DNA from: Macrostomum lignano
Lineage: Eukaryota
Assembly (NCBI GenBank): GCA_002269645.1
Contig: NIVC01000023.1
Location: 868,001-932,000 of the forward strand
Reading direction: 5' to 3'
Length of the DNA stretch: 64,000 nt
Shown here one piece after another: positions 1-12,739 of this stretch (its first letter is position 1; every line of letters starts with the position of its first letter). The notes beneath the pieces were generated by a model. It worked only from the letters and a program-made list of their open reading frames with translations, was not told the DNA's origin and made no database searches. The position numbers and the translations under genes are program-made.

Positions 1-2028
1 TCCGCTCTGCTGGACCAACACGTGGCCGCTCTGTCCAGCCGTCAGTCTCGCGCCGGCACTCCCGGCGCCATCTACCACGCCGAATACGTGGCCAACAACT
101 GGCGCAAGCTCGGCCTGAAAGTCTTCAATCGAACCTACTCGGTGCTGCTGTCATATTTGGACACCGACAGTTCAACTTCGAAAGATCAGGTTGGCGTCAG
201 ACTGTGCAGAGGCAGCTTGAACGGAATGGACGCCCGGTGCAATGTCACGCTGCGCCTTGATGCGCCCATCACTGAGCTGGAGGCCGCGGCCGACGCTTTG
301 CCGTCAATTGTTCCGTTCACCAAGCCGCTGCAGGGCAAATTTCGATTGTTAACGTTGGAAAAGTTGAAGGAAACAGTTGCCAAGGCAACTAGTCCTGAGC
401 AGCTTCGACGAGCTCTGTCGGACAAGGTGATTCTAGGCGACCGGCCAGTCTCCGCCTTCATCAACATCACCGTCCTGAACATGACCGCAGGTGTGCTGAA
501 GAACCGGGCCATGGAGTCGCGGCCTGGGGTGCCAGTCTACCCGGAGGGCACCGGGGTGCCGGACACGCTGATCTCCATGAAAACCACTCTGAACACCAAC
601 GTCAAAGGCGATCCGACCACGCCGATGTTCCCATCGAAGCCGTACGCTGTCCGTCTGGAAGGCGGGCCGCCGCTGAGCCAGCCGGACCATCCGACGGTGC
701 CGATCTCCAAAGCTGACGTCGATCTGCTCAACAAGGCGCTTCAGTCGGACAGCAGCAGCGAGTTGTTCCTTCAAATCAACTGGCCGATGAAACAGTCGCT
801 AAGGCCGGTGCAGGACATCTGCGCGGAGCTGACGGGCTCAGTGGAGCCCGACCGCGTCGTGCTGGTTGGTGGACACCGGGACGCCTGGCACTCTGGCGCA
901 TTGGATCCGCACACGGGCCTGAGCTCGCTGCTGGAGATCAGCCGAGCCTTGGCCGAGTTTCACAGCGCCACAGGCTGGAGGCCGAGGCGCAGCCTCCTGC
1001 TGTGCAGCTGGGATGCCGAGGAGTGGAACCTGATTGGCAGCGCCGAGTGGCTGGACGAGGAGATTCTGCGAGCCAATCGGCGTCTAGTCGGCTACATCAA
1101 CACCGACACGGACATCATGGGCCACTGGAAGGTCATGGTGCACGCGTTCCGTCGTTGGCACGGCTTCCTTGACAAACTGTTCGCCGAAGTGCCCGACCCG
1201 GGCAAAAGCACCTCCAGTCCCGACCATCATTTCTATATCACGCCGGACTCTTATTCCGATTATTACGTGTTCTGGCGCAACATAGGCGTACCGATCGTGG
1301 ACTTATCCTACATCAGGCCTAACGAACCCAGGATGGTTGTGTACGATCTCTACCATAGCCGCTACGACACTGTGCGGCTGTACCGCCTGACAGACCCGGG
1401 TGGCAAAGCGCACTTGGCCGCGGTGCACAACTACATCGGCATCGCCTACAGCCTGCTCGACCGGCCCATCCTGCCAACCAACCTGACCAGCTACGCCACT
1501 GAGATTGACGAAGCCATGAGCCACCTGTACCAGCTGGCCGAGAATGCCAGCTTGATTTTGGCTAGAGGCGGTCAGAGCAGACTCAACAGCTCATCTTGGT
1601 CGGCCCTGCGTCGAGCTTTCCGAACTGAACTGGCTGGCGCAATAGACGCTCTGCGCAGCTTTCAAACAGATCAGCTTGATGGGGGAGGGACAGGCTCTGA
1701 CTTGGACCTGCTGGGGCAGCGAATGCTCAACGACAAGCTCATGGAGGTGCAGAAGGTGTTCGTCTATCGGTCAATCTACCCGCACTCGGATGTCGTCAAT
1801 CTGCTGGCCGAAGAGGGCAGCCTGCGGGTGTTTCGCCGGATCTTCCGCCAGGAGATGCACGAGACCCACGAGCTCATCGGCTTCGGGGGGCCCGGCGGCG
1901 GAGTTGGCAGCGGCAACGGCGGCGACGGGTCTGAGGCGAAACAGAAAAACTTGGAGAAGCTTTTGGAGACCTGCATCCTCAGCTTGGCCTCGGTGTCCAA
2001 GGTTCTGTCTGACAGTTTTGCCACCTGA
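1..2028 (+). CDS. M28B metallopeptidase, glutamate carboxypeptidase II / NAALADase-like; single coding exon, 5'-partial
   Basis: Frame is open from base 1 to TGA at 2026-2028. GCPII-type zinc/catalytic motifs occur in order: GGHRDAW (His), ALDP (Asp), SWDAEEW (Glu-Glu), YINTD (Asp), LYHSRYDT (His). GDPTTPMFP matches GCPII GDPLTPGYP, and MLNDKLMEVQKVF resembles the dimerisation-domain motif. Confidence 0.88.
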   Translation, partial: SALLDQHVAALSSRQSRAGTPGAIYHAEYVANNWRKLGLKVFNRTYSVLLSYLDTDSSTSKDQVGVRLCRGSLNGMDARCNVTLRLDAPITELEAAADALPSIVPFTKPLQGKFRLLTLEKLKETVAKATSPEQLRRALSDKVILGDRPVSAFINITVLNMTAGVLKNRAMESRPGVPVYPEGTGVPDTLISMKTTLNTNVKGDPTTPMFPSKPYAVRLEGGPPLSQPDHPTVPISKADVDLLNKALQSDSSSELFLQINWPMKQSLRPVQDICAELTGSVEPDRVVLVGGHRDAWHSGALDPHTGLSSLLEISRALAEFHSATGWRPRRSLLLCSWDAEEWNLIGSAEWLDEEILRANRRLVGYINTDTDIMGHWKVMVHAFRRWHGFLDKLFAEVPDPGKSTSSPDHHFYITPDSYSDYYVFWRNIGVPIVDLSYIRPNEPRMVVYDLYHSRYDTVRLYRLTDPGGKAHLAAVHNYIGIAYSLLDRPILPTNLTSYATEIDEAMSHLYQLAENASLILARGGQSRLNSSSWSALRRAFRTELAGAIDALRSFQTDQLDGGGTGSDLDLLGQRMLNDKLMEVQKVFVYRSIYPHSDVVNLLAEEGSLRVFRRIFRQEMHETHELIGFGGPGGGVGSGNGGDGSEAKQKNLEKLLETCILSLASVSKVLSDSFAT

Positions 2029-2226
2029 CTTCTAACACAATCAGTGGGTGAACTTAGTTTAGAAAGAATATTGATGACTCATCAGTTGAGCTGTAGAGTG
2101 CAGAAGAGAGTCATAGTCTCTGCTTTTGAAAATTGTCGTTAATTTCTCGTCTTTTATTGAAGCTTTTTTAAACTTTTAAACTCTGCATTGATTTGCCGTT
2201 GTAATTTTTATTTGTCCAATCTATGG

Positions 2227-2548
<322 letters not shown>

Positions 2549-2957
2549 CAGTTTTGCACTGATCTTGGCTGCATTGCATATTTCATATTTTGCTTCCAAG
2601 ATTTAGTTACACAGCATCATTCAAGCACTTTTATTTTGAATTCTTTAAAGCACCATGCAGCTTACAATCTATTAATAGTCACAACCTTGTTTTATCTCGT
2701 CAATATATACATTATTTGGTTTCAATTTTCAGAAACTAGAAAATTTAATCGGCACCGTTTAACTGAATTGAAACCAATGTGGTTTATCAATTAGACATTT
2801 CTAATATGAAAATTGTTATTTTATTTTTTCTGCTTTTTTTGTAAACCATTTAGCCTAACTGGATCTGTTGTTGTTATTGAACTAATTTCAATATATAATA
2901 ATTCTATTCGTGTCAGAGATATGCCACGCTTAGTCGAACTTTGTTTTTCGTCTTTAG

Positions 2958-3871
2958 TTCAATTAGAAATCCCACTCAATTAGAAATCCCACTCAATTAG
3001 AAATCCCCCTCAATTAGAAATCCCCCTCAATTAGAAATCCCACTCAATTAGAAATCCCATTCAATTAGAAATCCCACTCAATTAGAAATCCCACTCAATT
3101 AGAAATCCCATTCAATTAGAAATCCCATTCAATTAGAAATCCCATTCAATTAGAAATTCCATTAATTATAAATCCCATTCAATTAGAAATCCCACATAAT
3201 TAGAAATCCCACTCAATTAGAAATCCCACTCAATTAGAAATCCCATTCAATTAGAAATTCCATTAATTATAAATCCCATTCAATTAGAAATCCCACATAA
3301 TTAGAAATCCCACTCAATTAGAAATCCCACTCAATTAGAAATCCCACTCAATTAGAAATCCCATTCAATTAGGAATCCCACTCAATTAGAAATCCCATTC
3401 AATTAGAAATCCCATTCAATTAGAAATCCCATTCAATTAGAAATTCCATTAATTATAAATCCCATTCAATTAGAAATCCCACATAATTAGAAATCCCATT
3501 CAATTAGAAATCCCATTCAATTAGAAATCCCATTCAATTAGAAATCCCATTCAATTAGAAATTCCATTAATTATAAATCCCATTCAATTAGAAATCCCAC
3601 ATAATTAGAAATCCCACTCAATTAGAAATCCCACTCAATTAGAAATCCCACTCAATTAGAAATCCCACTCAATTAGAAATCCCACTCAATTAGAAATCCC
3701 ACTCAATTAGAAATCCCACTCAATTAGAAATCCCACTCAATTAGAAATCCCATTCAATTAGAAATCCCATTCAATTAGAAATCCCATTCAATTAGAAATC
3801 CCATTCAATTAGAAATTCCATTAATTATAAATCCCATTCAGTTAGAAATCCCACATAATTAGAAATCCCAC
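2958..3871. repeat. 17-bp minisatellite (CAATTAGAAATCCCAYT) with recurring variant blocks
   Basis: Period 17 read directly; the variant block CCATTAATTATAAATC...CCACATAATT recurs about five times. Confidence 0.97.
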
Positions 3872-4207
3872 TTTATAGAGCGGCCCAGCTGAATTTTGAA
3901 ACATCGCATTATTAGTAATGCCACTAAGGAACGAAAGACATTGAATATGTGCTTGATGGCAACACATAAATTACGAATAGCAAAAAAGCACGAGCCGTCC
4001 TCGGCGAACCCCAGAGGACGTTGGCGCAATGCCCACGCGGCCTCCGTGGGAAGCCTTGAATAAAATTCGGTTGAGGCATCAATAATTCACGCGCTAGTTC
4101 TACAACATTATTAAAACTAAGCCAGCGCTTTGATGCCAGAAATTTATGTCTACCACGATAAATGGAGTTCTATCTTTTTCATTTCTTGTTTTTCGGAAGA
4201 CATCATG

Positions 4208-4905
4208 AGGCGCCTCAGTTACCCGACGGCGCCTCAGTTACCCGACGGCGCCTCAGTTACCCGACGGCGCCTCAGTTACCCGACGGCGCCTCAGTTACCC
4301 GACGGCGCCTCATTTACCCGATGGCGCCGCACTTACCTGACGGCGCCTCATTTACCTGACGGCGCCTCATTTACCCGACGGCGCCTCATTTACCCGACGG
4401 CGCCTCATTTACCCAATGACGCCTCATTTACCTGACGGCGCCTCATTTACCCGACGGCGCCTCATTTACCCGACGGCGCCTCATTTACCCGACGGCGCCT
4501 CATTTACCCAATGGCGCCTCATTTACCCGACGGCGCCTCAGTTACCCGATGGCGCCTCAGTTACCTGATGGCGCCTCAGTTACCCAATGGCGCCTCATTT
4601 ACCCGACGGCGCCTCAGTTACCTGATGGCGCCTCATTTACCTGATGGCGCCTGAGTTACCCGATGGCGTCTCATTTACCCGATAGCACCTCATTTACCCG
4701 ATGGCGCCTCATTTACCCGATGGCGCCTCATTCACCCAATGGCGCCTCATTTACCCGACGGCGCCTCAGTTACCCGATGGCGCCTCAGTTACCCAATGGC
4801 GCCTCATTTACCCAATGACGCCTCAGTTACCCAATGGCGCCTCATTTACCCAATGACGCCTCAGTTACCCAATGGCGCCTCATTTACCAGCTGGCGCCTC
4901 ATTTT
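4208..4905. repeat. 19-bp GC-rich minisatellite (TTACCCGACGGCGCCTCAK)
   Basis: Period 19 seen directly, degenerating toward the 3' end. Confidence 0.97.
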
Positions 4906-5954
4906 TAAAGGTGCCTGACTGTCCCCAATGCATGACGCCGATGTTTTTATTGGCGCCTCATTCTCCTTAATTGCGCCTCAGTTGTCATTTCCCATCGGAA
5001 GAGAGAGCATCAAATCATTTCGACCGCCAGCGCCTCATTTCTCAAGATGCTTCAAGGTTTAGCTGAAATGTTCAAGGTAATAATATGCGCAAGTGTATTC
5101 GAAACGTAAAATTTTCAGCGCTGAGTGTCAAGAAGGCGGTGAAGACTGCCAAAGGAACTGCTGCCAGCGCTACGTATTATATACGATAACATACCGCATA
5201 TTGGCGCAACATTTTTTGTCTGAATTTCACTTGGTCCATCTGCTTCCGGTTTAGTAGAGGCAACAGCAAGCAAGGTAGAAGCCGCAGCAGCAGCAGCAAC
5301 AACAGCGGAACAGTCCGTAGAAAATGTCAGGCATTCTGCTGCATCTCCAGAACGAATATCAGCTTCCAAACAGTGCATACTGAGTGTCCTCTTCCCTGCA
5401 GGACCCAATCCACCCCCGAAAATGCCTGGTCAGCCAAGGCTGCCTTAACCTAGAATTTGGAGTGACAAAACACCATAGGCACAGAGAGCATGCCTGACCG
5501 ATTTTAATGTAGATAGATTATCGTTCTCTCTGTTCTCCTTGTCCGCTATGCAGTTTTTTGTCCCATCGGTTTTACACTCTAGGAACAGCCCTGGAGCTGG
5601 AGAGGTATTCACTTCGAGGGTGTCGGGTCCTAGAACCTGTTTATATAACTGCTGCCCCACTGGGCCTTTTTCGAAAGCCTTCTTCTATTTTTTCAAAGGT
5701 AGAAAATCAGTCTGTTTGTGTTGGAACTTGAAGTATTGCAGCACTCGGGGTCCATGCTGGCATGGCAGATTATAAAAATAGGTCACTAGCAGGATCAGGT
5801 TGATGCGCCGGGTCCTACAATAGGATAGCGGCGAGTTTGATGGATATGTATACATTATGCACTTGATTAATTGCTAAATTACTAGACTTTTTGAGGTTGG
5901 GCTAACTCATAGTGCAAACACTGCTTAAATCAAAACTGATGCTAGGGAGTGAAT

Positions 5955-7829
5955 CAGAGAGACACAATTGAAAGCTGAAAACAGAGAGTGACACAATTGG
6001 AAGCTGAAAACAAAGAGTGACACAATTGGAAGCTGTGAACAGAGAGTGACACAATTGGAAGCTGAAAACAAAGAGTGACACAATTGGAAGCTGAAAACAA
6101 AGAGTGACACAATTGAAAGCTGAAAACAGAGAGTGACACAATTGGCAGCTGAAAACATAGAGTGACACAATTGAAAGCTGAAAACATAGAGTGACACAAT
6201 TGAAAGCTGAAAACAGAGAGTGACACAATTGGCAGCTGAAAACATAGAGTGACACAATTGAAAGCTGAAAACATAGAGTGACACAATTGAAAGCTGAAAA
6301 CAGAGAGTGACACAATTGAAAGCTGAAAACAGAGAGTGACACAATTGAAAGCTGAAAACAGAGAGTGACACAATTGAAAGCTGAAAACAGAGAGTGACAC
6401 AATTGGAAGCTGAAAACAGAGAGTGACACAATTGGAAGCTTGAAAACAGAGAGTGACACAATTGGAAGCTTGAAAACAGAGAGTGACACAATTGGAAGCT
6501 TGAAAACAGAGAGTGACACAATTAGAAGCTTGAAAACAGAGAGTGACACAATTAGAAGCTGAAAACAGAGAGTGACACAATTGGAAGCTTGAAAACAGAG
6601 AGTGACACAATTGAAAGCTGAAAACAGAGAGTGACACAATTGGAAGCTGAAAACAGAGAGTGACACAATTGGAAGCTTGAAAACAGAGAGTGACACAATT
6701 GGAAGCTGAAAACAGAGAGTGACACAATTGGAAGCTTGAAAACAGAGAGTGACACAATTGAAAGCTGAAAACAGAGAGTGACACAATTGGAAGCTGAAAA
6801 CAGAGAGTGACACAATTGAAAGCTGAAAACAGAGAGTGACACAATTGGAAGCTGAAAACAGAGAGTGACACAATTAGAAGCTGAAAACAGAGAGTGGCAC
6901 AATTGAAAGCTGAAAACAGAGAGTGACACAATTGAGAGTGAAAACAGAGAGTGACACAATTGAAAGCTGAAAACAGAGAGTGACACAATTGAGAGTGAAA
7001 ACAGAGAGTGACACAATTGAGAGTGAAAACAGAGAGTGACACAATTGAGAGTGAAAACGGAGAGTGACACAATTGAGAGTGAAAACAGAGAGTGACACAA
7101 TTGGAAGCTTGAAAACAGAGAGTGACACAATTGGAAGCTGAAAACAGAGTGACACAATTGAAAGCTTGAAACAGAGAGTGACACAATTGGAAGCTGAAAA
7201 CAGAGAGTGACACAATTTGAAGCTTGAAAACAGAGAGTGACACAATTGAAAGCTGAAAACAGAGAGTGACACAATTGAAAGCTGAAAACAGAGAGTGACA
7301 CAATTGAAAGCTGAAAACAGAGAGTGACACAAGTAGAAGCTGAAAACAGAGAGTGACACAATTGGAAGCTTGAAAACAGAGAGTGACACAATTGAAAGCT
7401 GAAAACAGAGAGTGACACAAGTAGAAGCTGAAAACAGAGAGTGACACAAGTAGAAGCTGAAAACAGAGAGTGACACAAGTAGAAGCTAGAAAACAGAGAG
7501 TGACACAAGTAGAAGCTGAAAACAGAGAGTGACACAAGTAGAAGCTAGAAAACAGAGAGTGACACACGTAGAAGCTGAAAACAGAGAGTGACACAATTGA
7601 AAGCTGAAAACAGAGAGTGAAACAATTGAAAGCTGAAAACAGAGAGTGAAACAATTGAGAGTGAAAACAGAGAGTGAAACAATTGAAAGCTGAAAACAGA
7701 GAGTGAAACAATTGAGAGTGAAAACAGAGAGTGACACAAGTAGAAGCTAGAAAACAGAGAGTGAAACAATTGAGAGTGAAAACAGAGAGTGACACAAGTA
7801 GAAGCTAGAAAACAGAGAGTGACACAATT
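5955..7829. repeat. 29-bp minisatellite (GACACAATTGRAAGCTGAAAACAGAGAGT), ~1.9 kb
   Basis: Period 29 with 27-30 bp variants; variants are zoned along the array (GAGAGTG units near 6.9-7.1 kb, AAGTAG units after 7.3 kb). Confidence 0.98.
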
Positions 7830-8499
7830 GGGATTTTGCCTCTAAACTCCCCCCAGGTTATGTTAGGAGTGATTGTGACCAAGAATGTCCCCATTCATAC
7901 AGTAAGCGGTCGATTAAATGCCTCAGTCAAACCCCACTGATAGACCTCGCTTAGCTCATCAATTATAGTAGCAATAGATATGCATATCAGTATTTGCCCC
8001 GAGTAAATGCGAGTTAATAAACTAAATGAATAGTCCAAGCGATGCAGAGTTACGGACAATCAAAGTATATCCTCTGAAATCCCCCATATGGTCCTACGCT
8101 CGTACCTTCATTTCCTGACTCACCTCTGCCTTTAAAAATCCCCAACTATGGCCGATGTGAAGGATGGAGGATTTCCTTAATGGGATTATTGCAGAGCATT
8201 GAGAGCATGGTTAGAATTTTATAACACAGATTGTACGAGCGTATGATGTTAGTTTTGGCTTTACAAAAGAGAACGATGAGAAATGTTTTATTACTCAATA
8301 AATTACCTTATCGGAATCAAGCTATAAAACCTCATTATGAGGTATTTGTTACGGACCATTGTTTGCTGATCAATGTCTTTGAGCTAATCTGATACTCAAT
8401 GATGCAAACCGAATGAATAACAGTGTCTATGGTCACACTTTTCTTTGACCTTGAAACTGTCTATCAACCATTACTCTGTCTTCTCTTTACTAAACTCTG

Positions 8500-8760
8500 T
8501 CTATGACCTAAACAGTTTGACCTAAACAGTTTGACCTAAACAGTCTATGACCTAAACAGGCTATGACCTGAACAGTCTATGAACTAAACAGTCTATGACC
8601 TAAACAGTCTATGACCTGAACAGTCTATGACCTGAACAGGCTATGACCTGAACAGGCTATGACCTGAACAGGCTATGACCTGAACAGTCTATGACCTGAA
8701 CAGTCTATGACCTGAACAGGCTATGACCTGAACAGGCTATGACCTGAACAGTCTATGAAG
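8500..8760. repeat. 16-bp minisatellite (CTATGACCTGAACAGK)
   Basis: Period 16 seen directly. Confidence 0.95.
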
Positions 8761-10039
8761 TCTAAGGCCTAAACGGTTCACGAACTAAAGCGTCTATGAT
8801 CCAAGTCATCTATGGCCCAAAATCTGTAGATGGTTTTTTACTTTCGTGGTGTAAATTGACTACGCTCGTATGACCAAAATTAAATCTTAACATTCAGCAA
8901 TCTCTGCCCCTAATCAATAGACTATAAAACTATCCTAATATCCCAATAGTATCACCGAAATTATCTTTGTCTCAATCTGCACAATGAGACCTACTCGTAA
9001 GCCTCTATGACTATATCTATATCTATGACCCAGACTATTTATGAGCCAAACTATTCATTGACCTAAACTATTCATTGACCTAAACTATTTAAGATCAAAG
9101 CTATTTATGAGCCAAACTTTGAAGTAACTTATTTTGGTCATATTTAGGTCATATTTAAATCTATTTAGGCTATTTCCAGCTATGTCCAGCTTTGACTTGC
9201 AATATAATTCCTTTATATACAGAACAATACACAAAGGCAAACTATAAATACCAACTTATTGTAACATTATATCATATTGCAATACAAAACAGCGAGGCGC
9301 ACACACTCGCCGTCAGGAGTATCTAATACCTATATATTGTTCACTCCCCTCTTGCATGGCTTAGCCAGATATAGCCGCTGAAACTGATGCGGCCACAACA
9401 GCCCTCACCCTCGCTTTATCCAATAATTCCTCTAAAGTAAGACAGATGGGCTCGCGGGTGAACGGCTGGTGCAACTACCATCCCCCCCCCCTGTGTTGGA
9501 TGAAGATCAGACAATCTTCTCTACAATCCCGTTATAAATTTCCTATATACACACACACATATAGTGCACTATCCATAGTTGAAACCAGCGAAGTAGACTC
9601 TCGAAAAAAATCAGTCTTTCCTAACTTAAGTCAGTCTATCGATTTTATAATTGAACTTGCCAACACAGTTTACAGCGGCCTTGATCGTGTTTTAACCACA
9701 CTGTACTTTATACTATGCTATGTAGAGTCAACTATACGAATATATCAATTGAATCTTCTGTCCTAGAAACATATTGATTTTGATGCCAATTTCCTAAAAC
9801 TTAAGTCCATGGAAATTAGTTAGTTATGGTGCGAAAAACTAATGATGAAATTTTTTTGTTTAAATCGCAGCTTACGTACGACTTGAGAAAGTGTGCAAAG
9901 CATATAGCTGAAAATTGAATTTCCCTTCTCACTTCTCAGCCTTGACATCTCAGTGATTCTCCCCATGAGTCACAGCATTATAGCAATTCCCCCCGAGCCT
10001 TGACATCCCCAATCCCCCAATGAATGTTTTATGTTTGAA

Positions 10040-10559
10040 ATGACGCTTCCTTTATGCTTGACATGATGCTTCTTTTATGTTTGACATGATGCTTCTTTTA
10101 TGTTTGACATGATGCTTCTTTTATGTTTGACATGATGCTTCTTTTATGTTTGACATGATGCTTCTTTTATGTTTGACATGATGCTTCTTTTATGCTTGAC
10201 ATGATGCTTCTTTTATGTTTGACGTGATGCTTCTTTTATGTTTGACATGATGCTTCTTTTATGTTTGACATGATGCTTCTTTTATGTTTGACATGATGCT
10301 TCTTTTATGCTTGACATGATGCTTCTTTTATGTTTGACATGATGCTTCTTTTATGTTTGACATGATGCTTCTTTTATGTTTGACATGATGCTTCTTTTAT
10401 GTTTGACATGATGCTTCTTTTATGTTTGACATGATGCTTCTTTTATGTTTGACATGATGCTTCTTTTATGTTTGACATGATGCTTCTTTTATGTTTGACA
10501 TGATGCTTCTTTTATGTTTGACATGATGCTTCTTTTATGTTTGACATGATGCTTCTTTT
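10040..10559. repeat. 23-bp minisatellite (ATGCTTCTTTTATGTTTGACATG)
   Basis: Highly homogeneous period-23 array. Confidence 0.98.
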
Positions 10560-12739
10560 GTACCAATAATTGTACCAATAATTATCAACGATCGTACCAT
10601 AGACATTTGTCTTGCTTAGTGACACCTCGAGGCGTGGAGTGAAGCCCCCGACCAATACCATAGACTAATTTTCTATTTTATATAAATAAACTTCAGAATT
10701 TTTTGAGCAGGCAGTTTATAGAGTTTTGACCAATGACAGCTGGTTGTGTAAACTTCGCTTAACTAGCAGGTATTAATTAAACAATGGCTATTAACAAGCA
10801 CAGATGTTGACTCTGCATGCAAAAAAGACGCGACTATAAACGGTTTTGAGTCCATCAGATAGAGTCAATGCACTAGCGATATGACAAATAATACGTTCTT
10901 TACCGACCTCTACCTTATTTTCTAGAAAATCGAGTGTATAGAGTTTTTCCCATTCTTCTACTTGAGTAGCTAGTCCTTGAGCAATAGAAAATTTACATTA
11001 ATAAATATTTTAGCTGCTAAAATGAACTCAAATTAATCTCCTAATTGATTGTAGAATGTTGTGTCAACTTTAGAAAACATTGCGCGCACGCAGGCACAGT
11101 TAGAAAATAAGTATAAAGTACGAAAAGCAAAGCCATCCGGGGGGCCGTTTTTCTCTATTTCGATGCGCCTCGTCGCCGTTTAAAATGGTAAATTTTAAGC
11201 ATCAAGCTGCCGTGAACTCAAAATGGGACTCGTTCATTCAAAGGTCTGTTTCATTACGCAACATCAAGGTCTTGAGCACACTTCTCGTGCCTATGCCAAG
11301 GCAGACAATATCCTTTGAGACCTGCCTAAACATCGCAGCTTTTAGGGACCATGCGCGTGTGGAGGGGGGGCTGACCGGGCTTATCAAGAACAGAAATGCC
11401 GGGACAATATTAGAGAACAATAATGCACGGAAGAAGAGCAGACTGAAAAAAAAATTATTATCGACAAAAAGTCTCCTCGGGAGGAAAGCTGAACTTCTTA
11501 CGCGGCGAGAGAAAATATGCACAGCTGCGAGGACAATATGGGAGGTTCGTAACCTTACGGCTGCTAAGAATTACCTCGTCCAAATCGATTTGCAGGGCTC
11601 ATTACGCCTGCACAATGCATTAAACGGGCTTGCCTGCGAAATAGGTTTATCAAAGAATAAATCCGTGCAAATATGTTACACATCGAAATTGATTGAATTT
11701 CTCCTAATAATATACAGATTTGCAGCTCAAAAAGTGGCTCAAAAAAGGACTTGAAATTAAAACGCAAAAATTGCGAGCTAAACTGAGGCGAAATCAAAAT
11801 GAAAAAAACACACATGACGCACTTGGCGCACCAATTTGGCTTACAAGAATGCTAGGAAAAAATTGTCCAGAGATATAGCATTAGAAGTAGTATCATTCAC
11901 GTCGCGATTCGATGATAGAAAAAAGACGGAAATCCCTACGTGCTCTAATAAAGAGAGAAAAACGCGGGACTTCGTGGCAGCGCAAAACGAAAATCTGGAA
12001 GGAGTTATGGGTCAAGCAAAACTAAAGGTGTCCACCACAGTAGTAGCAGCTTGCAGCAATTAGTAATATTACATAGATTGGGACACACTGTGTAGCACCA
12101 GTTGGGACCTTGCTCTGAGATTTTACAGGGATTGTCTTGCACACAATAATTGCAAGTTGAGCATTTGAGGCAATTGAGGCAAGCTCAGAGGCATATAAGG
12201 AACTGCGCCAGTTCCCCAGTTCCACTGCGACTTGAAACAGGTACATCTGTGCGCATACAATACGCTGCAAGTATAAGATGATAGCTGGTACATGAATGTA
12301 GACATATGTATACTCGTATATACACTGCACCATGTCTCTAGCGGCTTAATAACGTACAAAACTTGGTCAATTTGATTTGAGAAAAAAGATCCGTTTAGAA
12401 AAAATTGTTTGCGCGACAAAAAAAATGTTTTCATTTGCTAACACTTTTAGTGCACCCTAATCTGTAGCACACATGCGACTGGAATCTAAATCTTCAATCA
12501 GGGGAGAAATCAAGAGCCATCGTATTGCTGCTTTGCTAATCTGTTTCGATAGCTTTTCGTCTAAGGAAATTCGATCTGCGTCTTTTAGCGGTTATTAGCC
12601 AGACTAAAAATAAATTCGAACTTATGAAACTTGTACAACTTTTCGTTGTCAAAATCATTGATAGTCCCTGTGTAAATGTGCGCACTCACCCAGCATCGGA
12701 ACTTAAATGTTTTCTCTCTGTCTCTTTAGTTTTTGCTGC

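Noticed and set aside
5115-5775. Short ORFs and GCA-rich patch, possible decayed retroelement gag region
   Set aside because: No diagnostic motif; interrupted by stops in all frames.
11185-11754. 189-aa plus-strand ORF
   Set aside because: No recognisable motif or splice structure; cannot tell it from a chance ORF or decayed TE.
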